A stretch of 64,000 bases of DNA, taken from positions 36,580,001 to 36,644,000 of the forward strand of contig OZ365115.1 in assembly GCA_977030845.1 (NCBI GenBank), written 5' to 3'. The DNA comes from Fimbriosthenelais zetlandica (taxonomy: Eukaryota). The translations under genes and the position numbers were made by a program. The number at the start of each line of letters is the position of its first letter. Position 1 is the first letter of the stretch. The notes under the pieces were generated by a model. It was given only the letters and a program-made list of their open reading frames with translations. It did no database searches and was not told the DNA's origin. Positions 58,101 through 64,000 of the stretch are shown piece by piece.

Positions 58101-61100
58101 TGTCGCAATTAAAAAAATTCCATTTAAGTATGGCATTGGATACAAATACAGTTTTTAGATTTTACCGCAACACAAACATCACTGTCGTCGAAGTAGTGTC
58201 GCAAGTAAAATCGCAGCAGTGGAGGAGGGCCCTTAGTGTCTACCCATGAGAGTCAAACAGGGCCGTTATGGTACTGTACATAGGCAGGTCACATGATATA
58301 TACAGTTCACAATACAATAAATACAGTCACAGCTTTATAGACAATACTCCAATATACGACACGCGTCACCTATAGCTCACCTACACACAGCCTACATCTA
58401 CTCTCTTACAGGCTTTAACCTTAATAATCCTCACACAGGGGGAGGGCAGCTTTCTGACGATTAGTCAAAACATTCATTATTTAACACCGACTCTTCGACT
58501 TTACCTTTCTATAGCAGAATATACTTCTGTTAGTTTAAGTTTATAGTTTGAAATATTTTAATCCAAATATCATCAAACATCCTTATATGTTATGATTATA
58601 CAATAAGTTTATGTATAATCTGGCTTATTGCTTATATGATAATCTATTATGAATTTAAAAGGATAAGAATTTAAAGAATTTCCTTGGTTTAAAACAAAAG
58701 GTGTTCTGACATTTTATAAAGCATTATATATAGTGTTTTATGGACTAACTAACTATATCTATCAGGATTAATACCGCTAATCTTGATTGCTGTATATATG
58801 TTTTCAGAATATAGATTATCTTTCTGGTATCACTGTATTTAGGTGTAGAATATAACTAGATTGGACAGCTTCATGTTTCGACCTCTCGAGTTTTAGTTTA
58901 GGACGAGAAAGATTAGTTATATTGTCTGAGTATATTCCTGCATTGTACGCCCTGCAAGTTATTATTCCCCTCTCAATCTGACTTTATTTTTATCTCTTTT
59001 CTCCAGTGATTTTGCTGCCTTAGGGAAGCATACAAATCAAGTTAGTAACGAATCATAAGAATATATTTATCTTGTGATGTTTTCTAACCACAGTCCATGG
59101 TAGTAAAGCTGTGGTCAAGCTAAAGTCTAAGGATGGAAAACGTGAATTTTTCCAGATTTTGGCCACAAAAACTGGACTGTAAGACATACTCATTAGAAAT
59201 TCAAACAAAAATCAAAACATGGACAAAGATACATGTAATAATTTCAACGGTGAAAAAAGCTATTGATAGAAAAGACTATTTTAAATAATGAAATAAGTCC
59301 AAAATCGTTGAATATGAAGATGTAAAAACAATAGAATCATGAGAAGTGACAAAGAATTCCACATAACATTTCTGACTAGAATGACAATGAACATATTTTT
59401 GATATTTTCAATAATTTTTGGAATCTGATTATCCCCATTGACTAGGTACAACACTTCATCAACAGTAGTAGAGACGGGGGCTACATTACTGACATTAAGT
59501 CTTTTTCTTCATTGAATCCTGGTTGATTTCTTGCTATGGTTTGTGATTTTCATCACAATTGTTACCAATCATGTGCAATCTCATGTCTATTCACGGGCTC
59601 CCTACCAGATTCTAACCTTGTGATTCTTGCAACTTTTCATTGCAATTTCCTACTTGCAGCCTGTGACAGGTCGCAAGTGCAGCAAGAATACCGCAATAAG
59701 AAGTTGCAATAATAGCAAGGCATGAATGTGTATTGGAGTGGAGCCCTGACTAAGGATAGATATAGTAGTTTCCTTGATCTGTCGTGGCGGGCGGTATTCC
59801 AGCTGACCATTGGGCAGTATTCAGCTGACCATTGGGCAGTATTCAGCTGACCAGCGAGTTAATGTTTATTTCTCTATCAAAGGCCAGCACGGGTTCCTGA
59901 CGACCGTCTAATACATCTGCAACAATTAGTAATCTCTCTACACCCCATTCTTGACATCTCCAAAAGTCTTCAACACTTCTTCACGTTGCTTTCCACCCTG
60001 GCCATTTTTGAACCGATTTTGGAAACTTGTTTCTTTGTTTTGTTTAAATCTCAGGTATGTTTGTAAATGGGATCCTTATAGGATCATCAAGGAAAGGTCG
60101 ATTCTAAACTATTTTTCGAAATCTCTCCTATTTGGTAACGGTCTTGGAATAGAATTGTTAAAATTGTGCATTCAAATGTCAGAGTACTTGACGGTCGAAA
60201 ATATTAAAATGCCTTATAAATCAGTCCAGAGACTAGTTCAAAAATCGCCATAGTGGACATTGGCCTTAATCCAATACTAGTATATAAAAGGGAGCTCTAA
60301 CATATCTGATAACATTCATACAAAAATAAAATATCAGGAAATACCTGCAGGGAAAATGTTTCACCAGACAACAAGCTACGTTAGTGTCATTTGTGATTAA
60401 CTGTGTACTAACTGACGGAGGGAGGGAAATAAAGGACAAAACATGATGAACACATCTACATCTGACTCCCTACACAGAGGAGAGTTACCGAGACAAACCA
60501 GGAGAAAGATGGCCGTCATGCACAAACACAAACCGTAAACGCCGGGACATGTCAAATGTGCAAAAAGCAAGACAAACGCTTTATAAATCTACACTGGAGG
60601 TTAAAACAACTGCTGCCGCTTTATATGTAAAGTTAAACCTAATATTTGTACTTATTAATTTCTTGAACTTACAACACAATATTAGGATTAGTAATAACAC
60701 TTATCGTAACATTTCTATTCTAAATTAATTTTGAAACATTTGGATTATATCTTGATGATTAGAAGGTGCTTTTTAATGTTATAAAACGTCTGTGTAAAGT
60801 TAAGGGACAATTTGTGAAGTTATTTACTTTAAAAACTAATTCCATATTGTAATTTAGAATATAAAAGGCAAGGCGATCGCTTGGAAATCGCCTGTGTGTT
60901 CCTATAGCGTTTCATGGCAACACAATTCGTGAATGTTTGCCTCATGAATTTTCCCAGGGTATAATCTGGACCTACTCCCATTGAGGGTGGCTTCAGTTAA
61001 GTCTAATAGTGAACCGGAGCTGCTGTATAACTATCCAAACTAACACACTAATATGGACCAATGAAATTCCTGAATTTTAGAAGAAAAGTTAATGAAATGA

Positions 61101-62458
61101 CCTCGCTTACTTGTCACAGTAAACACTAAGGGGAACTATTTTCAGTGAGTGGGACTATTTTCAGTGAGTGGGACTATTTTCAGGGGACTACTTTTCGTTC
61201 TCCTCGTCTATTCCTACCCAATGAACACCTCGTGTTGTATAAATGGTAAGTAAGTTGACCTACCTGCTATAATGCGGTGCCAGGGTAGTGTAATATAAGT
61301 GAGGAAGCTGTGTAGAGCCACACAGTTAGCTCGACGCTTCTCCTTAAACCAGTGCCACGCCTGGCCAAACGACTTCCCGAAAAACCCGTTATAATGGGCC
61401 ACATCATCATTAAATTCTGAAAATAATCATTAAAAATAAAAACTAAGTTATAAAGTATAGGGTTTTAAATTATAAGTTATACAGTTTTAAGTTATAAAGT
61501 ATAAAGTTTTAAATTATAAGTTATAAAGTTTTAAGTTTTAAGTTATAAAGTATAAAGTTTTGAGTTATAGGTTTTAAAGTTATAAAGTTATAAGTTAAAA
61601 GTTATGCCCCTTACCGTCCTCGATGTCTCCCGCCTCCACCTCCGCGCACCCTAGACCCACGATGTCCACGTTCTCCGTCTCTGAGCGGGACTTTCTGATC
61701 CCGTTACGTTTAAAACTTCCACGGAGGAAACTGTTCCAGCCTTGACTCGGGTCACTCATCCGTCTGTGGGCGTACTGGTTCTACAATATAATGAGGGATA
61801 AGTCAGGACAAGGAGTACTGGTTCTACAAGATAATGAGCAATAAGTCAGGACAAGGAGTACGGTTCACTTCACAGTTAAAGTGGAATTAATTCAGGAAAA
61901 ACTTTATGCAGAATAATAAGACTAAACTGGATTTAATTTGAATGAAAAATAAGAGACAAATAACTTTATGTAACATTTTTAAAGGACACAATTTAAAACT
62001 AATTTTTCAATGAGGGAGTGCAAGTTTACAAGTTATTTTTCCTTGATTTTCTTCTCATTCTGAGAGTGTTTGACTTGGTAATATCGGAAAGTAAGAGCTT
62101 TATAAGACGTTCCCTCAAAATAGCAGAAAAATAAGACATTTTTAGGCCTTATTATTTTTAGAAAATAAATAGTAAGACTTTGTAAGACAGGGACCATGTA
62201 ACAACGATATAATACAACACCCATGAACGTTCACACCCGGTAGAAGGTACGTACATCATTCTCGAAGTCCTCGTGTCTGAAGTTCTCGGTATCAGGAGTG
62301 ACCTCGGGGGTCTCGGGGCCGGAGCCCTTGACCCTGCTGACCGCCATCTCGGCGTGACCTTTGCCCCCCGGCCCCCTCATCCTCACATACTCCACCCGAC
62401 GGTGACCCCGGAACCAGCCCAGGGACATGCGCTGTGCCATCTTAGACGTCATGCTGGC
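55138..62458 (-). CDS. KIAA0930: KIAA0930 / DUF2045-domain protein, 3' part (5' exons lie beyond the window): complement(join(55138..55202,61264..61416,61615..61780,62255..62458))
   Basis: ASMTSKMAQRMSLGWF...[22 protein letters not shown] and HSFLTYITLPWHRIIA|DVTE match human KIAA0930 as recalled ([46 protein letters not shown]). GT-AG sites; phases 0,1,1 are consistent; stop TGA at 55138-55140. Confidence 0.92.
58041..58232. mobile_element. MITE with ~30-bp terminal inverted repeats
   Basis: ccactgctgcgattttgtttgcgacactat (58051-58080) versus the reverse complement of gtagtgtcgcaagtaaaatcgcagcagtgg (58193-58222): 27/30 match. Confidence 0.7.
61772..61857. repeat. 43-bp tandem duplication spanning a KIAA0930 splice acceptor
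   Basis: gtactggttctacaa[t/g]ataatgag[gg/ca]ataagtcaggacaagga at 61772 and 61815. Confidence 0.9.
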
Positions 62459-62786
62459 CTGGTAATCAAAAATAAAATCAATAAAATAATATGAAATAAA
62501 ATCATTCAGCGCTACAGGCCTAAAAGCTTTGTAAAGAAGCTATACATTTCTCTTAATATTTTCACATTGAATTATTATTGTCCCTTCGAAATTGCCTGAA
62601 AAGTGTATTTTCTCTAGTTGCCGCTGTTATTACTTTTATTTTTTGAAATTTGATTAAAAATATAAATATTTTTCCATGTACTATATATCAATGTGACGCT
62701 CATAATCTTCTCTATGAGAATCTGTATCAATAGATGTAAACGAGAGTTGAACCTAGCACGTAGACCGACAAATCACAAGCTTATTA

Positions 62787-62993
<207 letters not shown>

Positions 62994-63262
62994 TTATCTT
63001 TAGATTCTATTGAGGTTTAACCCTGCATTTATTCATACATGTTCGTGAACCCAATTTAGGCCCCGAAATATATCAGAAACCCCAGGAAAAATAGGCATGA
63101 TATTTTTCATTTATTGATTTTGATTGGCTTAAAGACGCTCATGCATTTATTATATTTATTTATTTTAAGACGATTTCACAGTGAGTTTAATGTCACAGAT
63201 TTGAAGGGGACCCCACTTAATTCTATAGGAGTGTGCACCTAAATTTGATCCGATGTTTATCA

Positions 63263-63460
<198 letters not shown>

Positions 63461-64000
63461 TTAATGATATATGTAATAATGATGATTTTTGTCTATGTCT
63501 GTAGTCCTCACCTGTGTGAATTTCTTCAGTATTTGCAGCTCTTTCTCGCCCGTTCTACTACATATAGCACATGTCACTTGGTATTCAAACTGAAAAAATA
63601 CAAATATCTCAGTGAGACAGTGTCATTGTTTAAATAAGCCGTGATTTAATATGAACCAGAGAGAGGTTAATGTAGGTGAGATGTAGGGGGGGGGGGATAG
63701 CCGGCAGCTTTTTATAGAAGAGAATGGTCAGTAACAGTATACTATTCTTGGTATTAGGCTCGATAGTGTTTCCATAACCTAGTGAACCTTATAGTTATAT
63801 CATTCAATGAAAAAGGATAGTTTCTTTTTCTATTCAATTCAATAATTAAATTTTCCCAGAAAGCCCCCCCCCCCCCCCCACCCCACTGGATCCGCCCCTG
63901 CCTATTAGGCCTGATATCTATGGCCTACAATAGCCCTATAGGCCTACTATAGTGACAGACAATACTAGTGTCAAACACTTCTGTGGACGCGGCCGACTTC

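Overview
AT-rich, intron-containing animal genomic DNA. It is probably an invertebrate bilaterian, possibly a bivalve; this is inferred from the repeat types and is not proven. One 304-nt assembly gap lies at 45048-45351. Five protein-coding genes were reconstructed by hand with GT-AG sites and consistent intron phases. (1) A BK-channel beta-subunit (KCNMB/CaKB family) gene, + strand, 3 exons, 5457-26443, with a 19.4-kb repeat-filled intron 2. (2) A delta/theta-type glutathione S-transferase, - strand, 4 exons, 28512-30129. (3) A 20-finger C2H2 zinc-finger ORF, + strand, 32532-34646, preceded by decayed fingers. (4) A roughly 2,750-aa, 13-exon bHLH gene, + strand, 40102-51997. Its bHLH has an atypical basic region resembling the vertebrate meiotic initiator STRA8, and its body is built from many tandem peptide repeats. 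(5) The last four exons of a KIAA0930 (DUF2045) orthologue, - strand, 55138-62458. Non-coding DNA holds a 5'-truncated LINE, a tRNA-derived SINE, a decayed DIRS-like element, MITEs, minisatellites (75, 31, 26 and about 40 bp units), two degenerate tRNA-like units, a consensus CTCF site and a 59-bp palindrome. The most interesting candidates are the STRA8-like gene, the tandem palindromic CCAAT/CRE array next to the KIAA0930 stop codon, and the eroded 5' end of the zinc-finger gene. All family assignments come from remembered sequences; no database search was run.
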